Positions 37,656-50,187 of a stretch of 64,000 bases of DNA are shown in pieces; position 1 is the first letter of the stretch; each line of letters starts with the position of its first letter. Position numbers and translations under genes: made by a program. Under the pieces are notes generated by a model. It saw nothing but the letters and a program-made list of their open reading frames with translations. It was not told the origin of the DNA and did not search any database. The stretch is taken from assembly GCA_010909165.1 (NCBI GenBank), contig VJWM01000044.1:744001-808000 (forward strand), written 5' to 3'. Source of the stretch: Anthoceros angustus (lineage: Eukaryota > Plantae > Anthocerotophyta).

Positions 37656-40600
37656 CTACATAGGGGGGTCTTCTTGTCGAGGCACATCCCTGATGATACG
37701 CCAGGGTCCGGAAGCTGTCCCAACCCTGTGAGACAGACAGAGAGGAGAGTTCATGGGGTGAAGTGGAGAGTGTGGCATCAAAGGAGGAGACGACGACAGC
37801 GAAGGAGGAATGTGAACCAGCCTAGTTACCTGGCGAAGCCTGCCACCATTCGCAAGGTCATGACGACCGTCAAGCCAATCCAGACTCCCACCAGGCCAAA
37901 TGCCCGAGGCGCCAAAAGGAGGACAAGGATCGACGGGATCGCTGTCAACATCTGCAATTACAATGCGTGACGTTGTAAGCCCTGCCGTTCAAATAGACTC
38001 AAAACTTGGAGAGGTACTTGAGAGACACAAACCATGGTGTATGCCGCGTAAGCGAAGTCGGAAGCTCCATAGTGCAAGCCATCGAAGACAAATGCGAGTG
38101 CATTGATGGGTTGCGTGAAAGCAACGAACTGTTGGAAAGCGATACACCAACAAAATCACTTAGCACCATGGATGATCAATCTCAAAGCCGAGGGATAGAA
38201 GCAGGCTCATACCGGGATCAGATAAGGAATAATTTCCAGAACGCCAGCATCAGTCGTGAACAGCCCGGCCATGGGGCCGGTCCCAAAACCTAGAATAATG
38301 GCAACCACAATTCCAAAAGCCAAACCCATCTGTGCAAATCCAGTACGAGGAAGTCAGAACCAACCAAGTGAAACCGAGCAGCTTGAAAACCAGAGGTACG
38401 GTGTCCCGGATTTCATACCTGCAGTATCCGGATGGCAACCTCCTTCACCCGTTGCGTGTCTCCAGAGGCAAAAGACCCAGCTAAGATTGCCTGCTCAACA
38501 GATACATGCAAACTGAGAGTAAGAACGTCCAGTCTAATACTGGAAACATCACCAGAAGGAAGAAAATCTATGGCTGCCAACGTTGTACCTGACCAGCCAA
38601 TGCCAATGCATCTGAAAGAAGCGACGTTGCTAGCCAAATTTGCAAGCAAATCTGGTGTGCTGCCATTGGAATGGCACCTTGCCTTGCAGCCATGGACGTA
38701 GCCAAGGTCATTGTACATACTATGGCAAGTGTCCGACCAAGTAGAAGCCCACCTGCATTCTCAGCTACATGAGACAAATGCTTTACTGCCACTTTCCGAA
38801 GAAAGATCCATGGAAGTTAACAGTATCATACCTGATTTTAAGAACCGCTCCACTTTCAAGTCACTCCACTTGGGGGGCAACAGAACAACCCGCTGATTCA
38901 GGCTCCACAAGAGCATACCCACAATCAGGTACCTGCCGTAAGGTCAAGCAAGACTTGTGAGAAGTACAAATAAGAGAAGATGTGCAAATCATCTGAGACA
39001 GCACATGTAGAAAACACATAATTCTATGTTCAGTGACTCACTGGGATGCTACAGTCGCAATAGCTGCTCCACTAACCCCATAGTGTAGCGTGAACATTAG
39101 GATAGGATCCAAAATGATATTGGCAATGTTTCCGGCAACTGCAAGGGAAACAGATTTCAGCCAAGCGCAATATACCTAGTAACGGAGGAACAGCAATGCT
39201 AAGATCACCATAATAAATGCTTACCTGTTGAATAGAGAGGCGTCTTGGTATCCTTGAACCCTCGAAAAACACCTTGAACCGCTAGCGAAACTACAACAGC
39301 AGGGGCACCAATAGCCCGTAATGCCAGATATTGTTCAGCAGGAACACGCATAGCGGAGTCCTGCATGACAAGGTAGGCACGCACACCAAAATCATGTCAA
39401 GTGTAACACCAAAGCCCAAGCTGCACCATGTTTGTCAGATGCCTGCTAAATATTGAAAAATAGCTTCAGTCTACTTACAATAGGAATGCCCATAGCATAT
39501 AGAACTGGCCCTGCTGCAAATACAAGGACTGCTGCCTCAAACAACCCAAGACACGAGCCTAAGACCAGTGATGATGAGACTGCCGGCATCATAGGCTTTG
39601 CTGGTCCTGCAGAATTTGTCACAGAGATGCACACAAAGTTGCTCAGGGAAAATACAGACCACAGACAGAATGCGACTTGTACATGTCCAGACAATAGCAT
39701 CAAGCAACAACGCAGCAAACTTACCGGTCGCCTTCAAAAGGGACTCCCTCTCCACTTCTAGCGATCCAGGAGATGCAACTTGATCCAACTCCATACTTTT
39801 ATTTGACTTTTCCACGGCTTCATCTTCGGCCACAAATGATGTGGTAACATTCAACAGAGGGATATTGAACATCTTAGAGACGAGATTGAATATGGAGATG
39901 GAGACACCAACAGCTGCCAGCTCCACTGGACCTGAATCGACAGAATTTACGCACAAGTGCATCAGCTTGTCTGTTTAACAGGACGGGAGCCTCAACAAAA
40001 CTTGTACAGTCGGAAGATAAGAAATGGCATCCTCAATGGGAAACTTCTAGCAATCGCATTTTCACTTCTCTTGACTCTGCTGCTTGGCTAAGAGAACCTA
40101 AGACACAAGGCCGCGACTGTTTGCAACTCTAACTCATCAAGCAGACAAGCCAACCAATACCAAAGGCACCAAATGCCAGTCACAAGCAGAAACATTCAGG
40201 CCAGTGCACAAGAGGAGAAATTAAGAAAGCATGAAAGCAATAGGTGAGGGCTTGATGGCAGTAGACACATGTCTGACACTATTTCCAATACCTATTCGTC
40301 CGATGAAGGCGGAGTCGACCAAAGATGCAAGAGGGTCGGCCGCCAGGGCAAGAACAGCAGGCAAAGCAATGACGGCAATCTCCATGCCAAGCTCATCATT
40401 CCTGAACGCATCGCTGGCAGAACATAAAAATTGCACAAGAGTGTCAACAGAGCTCATTTTCGTTTGCGTAGGGCCTGAGGCTCGCCGGGGAGGCTATGGA
40501 TGGTTTCTACCAGAGCAGCCCGTCCTACTAATGTAGTACCTATTCTCCCTACGTATGCAGTCTCCACAATCTGCGCCGCTGGATCAGCAACCTGAGCTAG

Positions 40601-41786
40601 AATAGCTGGCACAGCAAGAGCAGCAATCTCCCTCCCAACATCGTTGGTCTTGAAAATGTCAAGCAGCGCGCAACTGACGTTCATGCAGGACGACAACTTG
40701 TGTCAGAGGGATGCCAAAATAGAGACACCGTTCTGGTAGAAGTAGCACGCTCTCTGTTGCTCTAGCCTGCCACAGTCAGTGGCCAGTGACGGCTTGCCAC
40801 TGGGAGCTGCACCCAGCTCAGCCTCTCTGCCGAGCAAGATGCTTTACAATTCTGTACCAAAGACCCAGGAATCCCGTGAGTTATCAAGGGTTAATATCAT
40901 GTACCGGGCACTGTGAAAGAGGCCACCGAGAGGACCCCTGCGGTCATCGAAAAGGAAAGGCGACGCATCCGTTCCGTCTGCACCCTCCTGAGTATCCAAA
41001 CGAGCTATCACAGGCTCCGTATTCGTCCTCCGCACACGCGCTGAGCTAAAACCGCCGTGTTTCCGCCTGAAACCCCATCGCACATCATGGAAAACCCTGC
41101 CACTGCATCCTAATTGTCCTCTATCCTCTCCTTGGAAACTTCGTTCCCTTACAAAACCCCTGTTTCTATTCCTGGCCCGGGCCGCAGCCCCCTGGCCGAA
41201 CGCTGGCTGTTCACAGCTCCTGCCATGGCATGTCAACGGGAATCCAGCCGGTTTGGGAGCAGAAACGTGCGAATCCCGGACACCTGCAGCAGAAACAGAA
41301 CACCGAACTCGTCAGGCCCTGGCCATTCCGATTAACTCCGCTACCTCACCAATCATTCTCCATCCCCAGGGCAAGCGAAAAAAAACAGGCTCAGTCCATA
41401 GACCTACTATTCGACCTCAAGCTCAGCTGCGACATTCCTCTCTAAGCAGCAAGTCCACGGAAACGGCTGGACGAAACAACAAGAGCAATGCAGCGAGAGA
41501 CAAGGCACCCCAGATGCAGCTCAGCAGTCAAGGCAATGCCAGGCAGCCAACAGAGCATGAAACACGACTAGATCCGTCCGGCAGCAAGGATCGGCTCCGG
41601 AGTGTGCCAGAGCCACCTCAAATCCCCGCTGCACAAGCAGAGGTGGTGGCTTCTTTCGAGGAGAATGAGGAAACCGGCACAACAAGAGCAGAGACAGCGG
41701 ACGCAGGGCAGCAGGACAGTCAGATGCGGAGCAAAGAAAGACGCACCCGAGGGAGCAAGGGGAGGAGGGCGGAGGGGCAGAGCCAT
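37656..41786 (-). CDS. MATE/DETOXIFICATION transporter of the DTX42-45 clade with predicted transit peptide; contains two alternative TM1 exons
   Basis: GPVELAAVGVSISIFNLVSKMFNIPLLNVTTSFVAED, QGVFRGFKDTKTPL, MAAHQICLQIWLATSLLSDALALAGQ, QPINALAFVFDGLHYGASDF, GTASGPW. Exon 1 (41786-41747) is tentative. Confidence 0.92.
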
Positions 41787-42323
41787 GGCGCGCTCATGAG
41801 ACCGGGCCAGGCAGCGTCAGGTGACAGTGAAAGAGCGTGCCGGTGCGAGGGCGAGGACGAGGGCGTAACGGAGGCAGGCACGAGCTTGGTTTCTATTCCG
41901 AAGGGAGAGAGTGTGGGTGCTTGGCCTTCCTCGCTCACCCCCTCCCCTGCTTCGCAACGCCACACTTTATTGTTATCTAGACGGCGCCCCCTCCCCGTCA
42001 CCCGGGCTTTGCTTCGCGCCCACGCCGACACCGACCACGTGGACGACGAGTGAGCGCATACTTGTATAGGTACAAAACGTATGTGCCTACAGTGTATCGT
42101 ACATGGGTACATACTTGCTTCTATGTAGCCAGTAAAGGATGCTGCTGGACATTCCCATCTCCAAAAGGCCAGAATCTCTTCTCTCTCTTATTCCACGTAG
42201 TCAGGGCCGAATCACAAAAATGAGGTCCAAAGCAACATGTTGGAAGTAAGGAATAATTTCGGTGCTACAAACAACCCGTTTTAAATAGAGAAACGGTTTG
42301 TCAAACTCACAAGACCGGACCTA

Positions 42324-44037
42324 TCAACTGCCCGAACCTGCAGGGATGGCGATTCCAGATGAGGTTGCATCCGCAAGCCTTTCGTGCTCTTTATTTAATA
42401 GCTGCAATGAAAGCAAATCAGCTTCATCTCAGTCAACAACAATGACTCAGACACCAAAACAAGAGGAGCACATTAACATTGCAGTAGTACCTTGTTGTTG
42501 ATCAGATTGTGAAGAGCAACCACGCTACGGATAAGTGCGGAGAGGTAGATAACGAGCATCATATCATTTGTTTTCACTGTCGACCAGCATGGAATGGGTT
42601 AGCGTCACCCTTTGAGAACATGAGGGAAATTCAACCTCAGCTAGAAAAGACTCTGTGCATCAGGACTATGAGTATACCCGCAAAAGCCTTGATCAACTCA
42701 TTTATATTCAGGTTGGGAAGCAGATTAAATACATCCTGCACAGAAAACGAGCAGGTTGTAAGTCACTAAATCATGAGACAGTTGCCCCTGCAGCCGGCAA
42801 GTTTCTACCTGCAGGTGGTATAGGATCTCATGGTTCAGAGGTAGGTGCCCTTCCACAACATGGTCAAGGTACGAGTGGATCTCCTTCAGTCGAGCCTCCA
42901 ACCCCTTCAACGCCACAATCTTTCCTCCTACCTGTGTACCAAACAGACAAACAGTCAGGTAGGAACCAAAAGGGAAGACAGCAGTTCCACAAGGATGCAC
43001 TACCATACCTCTGACGCCAGAGTGCTGACTGTCGCATCCTTCACATCCCTTAGAAGGTGTTCCACTCCTGAAAAATCAAAGACAAAGCATCCGTTTCAGT
43101 GTACCAAGCATGACAAAAGTTCAAACATGCGTCGAGAGAAAACATAAAGCCGTTAATCACATACCGATCTCCTCGGCTTCATAGGCACCAATTTCTGAGG
43201 GAACGTGAACGAAGACTTTTTGACTCTTCTGCGTTGCATCCTGCACCGTCCATCACATGTCAATGTGTGTCGAATGTGAAAACTGCATAATGCCAGTATT
43301 AACGCACCTCACCTCCTTCACTTCTTCAACAGCATAGTATGCCTTGGTCGGAATTCCAAGCTCCCTCGGCTGCACGTCAATGATCACCAAGACAGGGTTT
43401 GGAGCATAACTGCAACCAAAGTTTCAGCTCCCCCCGTCAGCATTTCAACATTTCTTGCTCCTTGATCGATCCAAAAGAAGCTCACAAACCACAACCAAAA
43501 CGTACTCCCGAAAAAGCTCATGAATGTCCAAATCATTCTCCCGCAGCCTGGGACCGGTGCTATACCATCCTACCACCTGCTCCTTTGCTGCACAAATTCA
43601 AACACCAAGCGTCAGCCACCCGACAGACTACTCTGTCGAAAGAAACAGGATACACCGCCCAGCTCCTTCCCTACCGTTAATCCTCTTGAACATGTCAAAC
43701 ATCTGTTCGTGATAGTTGTGATCCAGAAACCAGATACTCGCGTCCTTTTCATCCTCCTCAAACGGCACTGCAAGGCCACCATTCCCCGACCCCGTAAGAA
43801 TGAGTGCATGACCAAACCCTAACCCGAGAGAGCAGGACACATGTGCGCACCGGCGTAGCTGTTTGTAATGTCGAGGCGGCCCCGGAAGGTGGCTCCCAGC
43901 AGCACCCCGAGCACGCGCTTGCGAGTGTCTTTGGCCACCCGATTGTAATTGTCCACGATGCTGAGCAGCACCAGCGGATGCACCACCACCTTCTCAATTG
44001 CGTGCCCCGATCCCGCCTGGCTCACCACCACGTCCAT
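42324..44037 (-). CDS. RPN8: 26S proteasome lid subunit RPN8 (MPN domain, PSMD7)
   Basis: [79 protein letters not shown]|DVFNLLPNL; last exon [10 protein letters not shown]. Confidence 0.96.
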
Positions 44038-44324
44038 CAGGGATTTCCTTGCGTCGACTCTGCTCCGGTCTTGCTCCTGAGAGTCGGCCCTCCTGACGGA
44101 CTGAGTAACTAGCGTTAAATTAGGCACCAGTGTGAACGAGCTTGCCTAACTTGGACCCGCATGATGTATGACTGAGTACAGAACGTCGGCACCAGTGTGA
44201 ACGGGATCCCCTAAGTATGGACCCAAGGGCTTTACTTGGAACACGGGTGATGGTTTTCTGACCAAATGTCTTGATCTGTGTTGCGCCTAAATTTGTTGGA
44301 GCCTGCTGGTGAGCAATTGGAGGG

Positions 44325-46121
44325 ATGTGGGGGCGGGGGCTCGCGCATGTGCGGTTGCTCCTCCGCAGCGGCCTAGGTGCGCGTTGCCATTTCCTCATTT
44401 CAGATCGTTTTGTCAGGGGCAGCCGCTGTTCCGAGATGGGAGGGTATGTCCATTTCCCAGGTCCCACTTGGGCAAGGCTTACATGTGGAATAGTCTGTGA
44501 CTGAGATGGTTGGAATCTGCCGCATATTCAGAGAGTGTGCCGAATTGCGGGGGGACTGCCTCATCGGGTCCGGAAGCGTCTTTGAAGAATGGCTGGCGAT
44601 TCAGGGTACCTGGATCCAAGTATGTTTGTTTGTCTTACACCTATCAGTTCTGAGACGACAGGGACTGAGCACTTGATGTTCGCTAGTGGTTTACTGTGGA
44701 TCTGAGATTAGGGGAATTCGTCATATGTGAAAATCATTTGGCAGGGACCGGGATATGCATTCCGACAGGGGCATGCTTGGAACAACGGTTTTGTGCGTGC
44801 GGAAAGATGACAAGGTGCTGATCATCGGAGACGGTCAAGTTACACTAGGATCCGAGATAATTAAGCCCAACGTGAGAAAAGTCCGCAGAATTGGGGACAA
44901 CGTCATTGGAGGGTTTGCTGGTAAGGTTTACAGTTTGAGGATTGACATCGGAACCATGATGTCGTCACCAATCCAGGTGCGCTTTGACACTTGAGTCCAT
45001 TTGTGGCTGTGTAGGTGCAACTGCCGATTCTTTTACACTGTTTGAAAGATTAGAAACTAAGCTCGAGGAGCATCCTGGTACGTTTGAGACAGTGGCCTGA
45101 CAATACGTTCATCTGCAAAACAAAACGCTTATGTTTGTGGCGTCTGAATTGTTTCCGCTGGTATCATTGCAGGTCAGGTACAGTAGTGCCAGAACATGGC
45201 AGCTTGCTATTAGCTTGCCTATTTGAAACAGATGTGGTTATCGTAGTACGTTGGTATGCACAAGCCAAGAAACTTCTGCTTTGGATAGGTCAATCCTGGA
45301 GTAAGTTTGAAGGTGTGTTGCAAACTGGCAGCTCACTCGTGCGGCTGTAGAGCTTGCAAAAGCATGGAGGACTGACAAGTACTTGAGGCGATTAGATGTG
45401 AGCTCAAGTCTTGCTTTGAATTAATGAAAAGTTTGGGATGTGTACGTGCTGCCAGTCACAGGTACCGTCTAAGACGTATGTTTTCTTCATGCAGGCAGTG
45501 ATGGTAGTAGCGGACTCTGAAATATCACTTACAATTACTGGGAATGGGGATGTTCTGGAGCCTCACGATGGTGTTGTTGGTTAGCTCCTGCAGCATTCTC
45601 GTAGTGTTTCGGGATGGGCTCTTGTCTGCTGTTGGGCCCTGTAGTCGGTTGCGAAGCAAAATGTATTTTGGTTCATAATAGTCTGGCTAGCTTCCTGCCG
45701 GTCAGTAGTGACCACCTTTCTGCTTCTACAGGAATCGGTTCGGGTGGCTCATATGCCTCGGCTGCCGCCAGGGCTCTGATGGACTTGCCAGATATGGATG
45801 CGGAGGCAATTGGTGAGCACCTGAGTTGCACATGGTCTCGAAACCTCTTCACATCTTGTTCCTATGTGGTGCGCTTGAGCTGTTAATCAGTTGTTAGTAA
45901 CAGCTCGAGCATTTCTGACCTCACGTCTTCCTTGTTCATGCTGTGTAGCCAGAAAGGCAATGAAGATTGCAGCAGATTGTTGCATCTACACCAATCACAA
46001 CTGGACTATTGAGCAAGTGCAGTCCAAACAGAAAAAAAGCCAGCCAGTAGAAGTCGCTTCTGCTACCATTTCTGCCGCAGACGATGAAAACTCCAAGAAG
46101 GAAGAGCAGGTTGGCACTTGA
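44325..46121 (+). CDS. hslV: ATP-dependent protease subunit HslV (ClpQ), probably mitochondrial
   Basis: Arg/Leu-rich presequence [16 protein letters not shown]; mature N-terminus G|[25 protein letters not shown]|ATAD; [17 protein letters not shown]; GNGDVLEP; GIGSGGSYA; [12 protein letters not shown]; multiple GT-AG introns. Confidence 0.95.
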
Positions 46122-46429
46122 CAGGACTCTTATGTAGCCACGTATGCTGTGGGGGCGGTCATCCATCTTCTTAAATCATGTCTTGTTCGATTTTGTCAAT
46201 GCGATCCTGCTTTTTTTTTTTTCCAAAGCGCTGCTCGTCGGCAGATCGCCTGAAGCACCCCCGGGGGTACAGAAAGGGATCACCCATGTGTATGCCGTCG
46301 AGGCCACCGGGGTTGGGCTGTAAATCTCTAAATTTTGAAAATATGGTAAGATGGAGATCACATATTTTCTTCATTCACCTGCCTCGCCCATCTTGGGTGA
46401 TTCTTGGTTGGGCATTTTCGTGAGCTGAA

Positions 46430-46501
46430 GTCAAGATAAACCAGGACTGCCTAACTGGGTCGAGTGACTGACCCAGTTAGGCAGTCCTGGTTTATCTTGA
46501 C
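46430..46501. repeat. Perfect 32-bp inverted repeat with 8-nt loop
   Basis: gtcaagataaaccaggactgcctaactgggtc (46430-46461) / gagtgact / gacccagttaggcagtcctggtttatcttgac (46470-46501). Confidence 0.95.
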
Positions 46502-47417
46502 GGATGCAAGCAGGTTCTGGCTGTTGGGTGCATATATGCTCTCCAGATACTTGCTATTCGACCGCACATGTTGCACCAAAATACATGTACAGTACAATCC
46601 TGATCATTTCCGTCTCGGATTGAAGCAATATTTCATGAATAATAACAAAATACCATTTCAAAAGATCCGGTGAGAACGGGTTTGGTGAAGCTACGTGGAG
46701 CACCTTCACTAAAAAAGTTTCCTCCAAGAGATCCGGCTTCTCGAGTCGCAGCATCCGTTGCAGCACGACGACGTCCTGTCGAGATCTCCGATGCCGTTCA
46801 TGTTCATGTTTATATGGGCCGTGAAAATGGATTTGAAATTGAAATTCCCTTCCAGCTTATGTACATACATGCTTCGATTCATAGTAGTACGCCTGACGGT
46901 GTCGCATGCCTCAATGTAGACCGCAACTGGTATGTTCGCTAATAAAAACGATCGCGGACTGAAATTGGTGGTGTGTGGGTGAAATTTAAATTCTAAGTTT
47001 TTAAAATTTTAAATTCAAATTTAAGGATTTTTAATTATAGATCATGAGAAAAGATATTATATTTCAATCGATCATCATAATAAATATTACTCAATCGTTG
47101 TAAATTAGATGTTACACTTTAAACACCTATTTTACAACACCTAATAGGTTATAAATAATGTTGTTTAAAGGACTATCCTGAATAGGAATTAGGAACTAGT
47201 AATCAATATTGTCCAGCCAATTTTGCAGCCAGCGAACTCGCATGGTACTGCAGATTGCCACATGGTGATCAGTCGAAGAAGGTCTCTCGACTAGAGGTTG
47301 CGATCCACATATTTCATTAACTTATAGAAGAAGGCTGGCGAACCCCAAAAATCAAGCCTGCGACAATCAACCAGTGTAGCTGTCAAGGACAAGAGTCCAA
47401 CTGAGAATATCAAAACG

Positions 47418-48607
47418 GTGAAGATTCTAACAGTCTGCCTAGCCAGTCAATTGCAGCAGGACAAGGGGTGGTATCTTGACAGTGGAGCCACCGCCCATAT
47501 CTGCAATGGTAAAGCACAATTCTACAGGCTGGACCTTCGTCCAGTTAAGGAAAGAGTGCTGCTGGGAGATGAGCAGAATCAAACCAGCTTGCCTATTCAA
47601 GCCCTTGGGATCTGTAAATTTCCCCTGCAAGATGGTTCCACTCTTACCCTGGATCATGTCCTTTACGTTCCACATATGGGTAAGAATCTCATGTCTATGA
47701 GTAAGTTGATGCAGCAAGGCACCTTTGAGATCTTTGTCTCAGCAAGAGATTGTTGTTTCTTCAGACCAGAGCTTCCTGGTCATTGTGTCTTCAAAGGTGT
47801 CCCTCATGATGACTTGTATAGACTCTCCATCACAGGAAGTCAAGATCCTACTGCACTCTCCACATGACCACCTGCCATGAAACCAGAAACATTAGCTTCC
47901 CTTTGGCATGCATGACTAGGTCACGTCAACAGAAACAAACTTATTGACATGTCTTCTAAGGACTGCTATAGAGAGCCCTTACCTAAGTGTTTTAAGAACC
48001 TCCCTGCTTGCGATATGCAAGTCACCACAAAACCACAGAGCACTAGGGTCTGAAACCAAAAACTTGACCGGCCACAATTCTGTGCTGGACCTTCGTCGAA
48101 AGAGGCTGGGAGATGAGCAGAATCAAACCATTTTGCCTATTCAAGCCCTTGGATCAGAATTTCCAAGCAAGATGGTTCCACTTACCCGGATCATGTCCTT
48201 TACGTTCCACATATGGGTAAGAATCTCATGTCTATGAGTAAGTTGATGCAGCAAGGCACCTTTGAGATCTTTGTCTCAGCAAGAGATTGTTGTTTCTTCG
48301 CACGAGCTCGGTCATTGTGTCTTCTTCAAAGGTGTCCCTCATGATGACTTGTATAGACTCTCCATCACGGAAGTCAAGATCCCATCTGCACTCTCCACAT
48401 GACCACCGCCATGAAACCGTAAACATTAGCTTCCTTTGGCATGCACTAGGTCACGTCAACAGAAACAAACTTATTGACATGTCTTCTAAGGACTGCTATA
48501 GAGAGCCCTTACCTAAGTGTTTTAAGAACCTCCCTGCTTGCGATATGCAAGTCACCACAAAACCACAGAGCACTAGGGTCTGAAACCAAAAACTTGACCG
48601 GTCACAA
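47418..48607 (+). mobile_element. Ty1/Copia protease + GAG-pre-integrase fragment, tandemly duplicated (~47516-48075 and ~48076-48607)
   Basis: WYLDSGATAHIC (protease DSG), VLYVPHMGKNLMSMSKL, DLYRL, LWHA*LGHVN; the second copy repeats the same DNA with several small deletions. Confidence 0.9.
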
Positions 48608-48939
48608 CAGCCCTAGCCTACACCGGGCTCATCGACGACCGTACATGATGTTGTTTTGGATGGCTGTCACTACCCTCTTTGCCATAATCTCTGCACTCAC
48701 GTACATGTGCAACTGCAACCTGGATGAACAAGTTCGTATTGTTGGCAACTCTCCCTAAGTAGGCGCTGGCACTTGCATCGCGCGTATCAAACTAGACTCC
48801 AAAGAATACACCACATCAATCACGAAGGTGTACAGCTTCGCGAGTTGTCCATAGGTCAACCCTCACACCACCTTCTAGTCCATCTATCGGAGGGTAGGCT
48901 CGCAAGTTCCATCATACTTAGTTACTTCAAGAAAAAGAT

Positions 48940-49430
48940 CATGAATGTTTTTGGAGTTGAGAGAAGCAAGGAATGCATTTAAAATGGCACGTAGAAGCAT
49001 GCGACGTGCCTATAACAAAGTCCTTAGAGACAAACTTATGCACTAGCTGCAAAGGAAGCCGAGACAATTTTAGCAGATAATCCGACAATAGAAAGCTGAG
49101 GATCCCATAATGCAAGCTCAAGCTTGGTTGCAGTATGCTAGAGAGGTTTTTGAATCAATTGAGCCCCAACATAAGATGCCAGTAATGCTTTGGGATCCGA
49201 ATGCAAAGAGTTATTTCGATGAAGCCACAATCCTTAGAGCAATGTCAACCCTCAAGACAGGAAAGATGTTAGACAATGAGGGGATCACCATTGAGCTATT
49301 CAATGCATTGGTACAGGTAGGGCTACAAAAACTTCTACAGACACATATCAACATTCTGTAAAATTTATATCGTAGGTGACCTAATTGAGGTCTAGGGAAT
49401 TTCCATGGCATACCCCATTTACAAGATCGC
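48940..49430 (+). mobile_element. Degenerate non-LTR (LINE) reverse transcriptase N-terminal fragment
   Basis: EATILRAMSTLKTGKMLDNEGITIELFNAL resembles the LINE RT domain-0/1 pattern (lk.gKapG.DGi..E); stops follow. Confidence 0.6.
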
Positions 49431-49548
49431 TATGTGATTGACCACCACCATTCAGTAGTTGTTTGTCTGAAGACAAACAACTACTCAATCACATGTTCTA
49501 TAAACTTTAGAATAAATGTTATGAAATCCATTCAAGGGATTTGGATCT

Positions 49549-50187
49549 TGTCATGCCGTGTGACACTAATCTCTGCACTTGGATTAGCATTCATTTATTT
49601 AATTACTTATCTTTAAGTAAGTAATTAGTATTAGTTAATCTAGATTGCTTATGTTAATTAAGAGATGATTAGTGGTAAATAAACATGGTTAGCAGTAGCT
49701 AAGTGGATAAGCACAAGAAATATGCTTTAGCATATTTCTTGCATATTATATTGTATTCTTAGGATATTTTCAGCATATGCTGATGCCAATAGGATATCTT
49801 AGGAATATGACGATGCCAAGGGCTAGTATATATAGACCCTTTCACAGAGGACAAGCTCATATCATAGCTTGTCCTCTAGATATGCAATGCAAGATTGTTG
49901 TGAGGAGGCCAAAGCTATGACTCCGAGAGCGATGTGTGAGAAATTTGCGTGTTGTTCTCGTGGGGAGATTGTGTTTGTGCCACGATGTCCGAGCTACTCT
50001 CTCCTATTGATATTGGTTTGCACCTATACTTGCGTATTAGATTTGTTTTGCTTGGTTATCTGTTGAGAAAGTGCTCATATGAATGCAAGTGTTGTCTGTT
50101 AAACATGCACCCATCTACCGGTTATAAGAGATTAAATTAAATAAAACCTCATCGGTTAAGATTTACTTTATTTACCTTCTATTGACA
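49549..50187 (+). mobile_element. Possible solo LTR
   Basis: Begins TGTCA and ends TGACA, ~640 bp, AT-rich, internal TATATATA (~49827) and AATAAA; flanks atct/atcc are only an imperfect TSD. Confidence 0.35.

Noticed and set aside
44325-46121. HslV as bacterial contamination or recent HGT
   Set aside because: It has several GT-AG introns and a presequence, and is embedded among plant genes.
47090-47190. Right end of a CACTA element
   Set aside because: A few TTACAAC/GTTGTA motifs are present but no terminal TAGTG.
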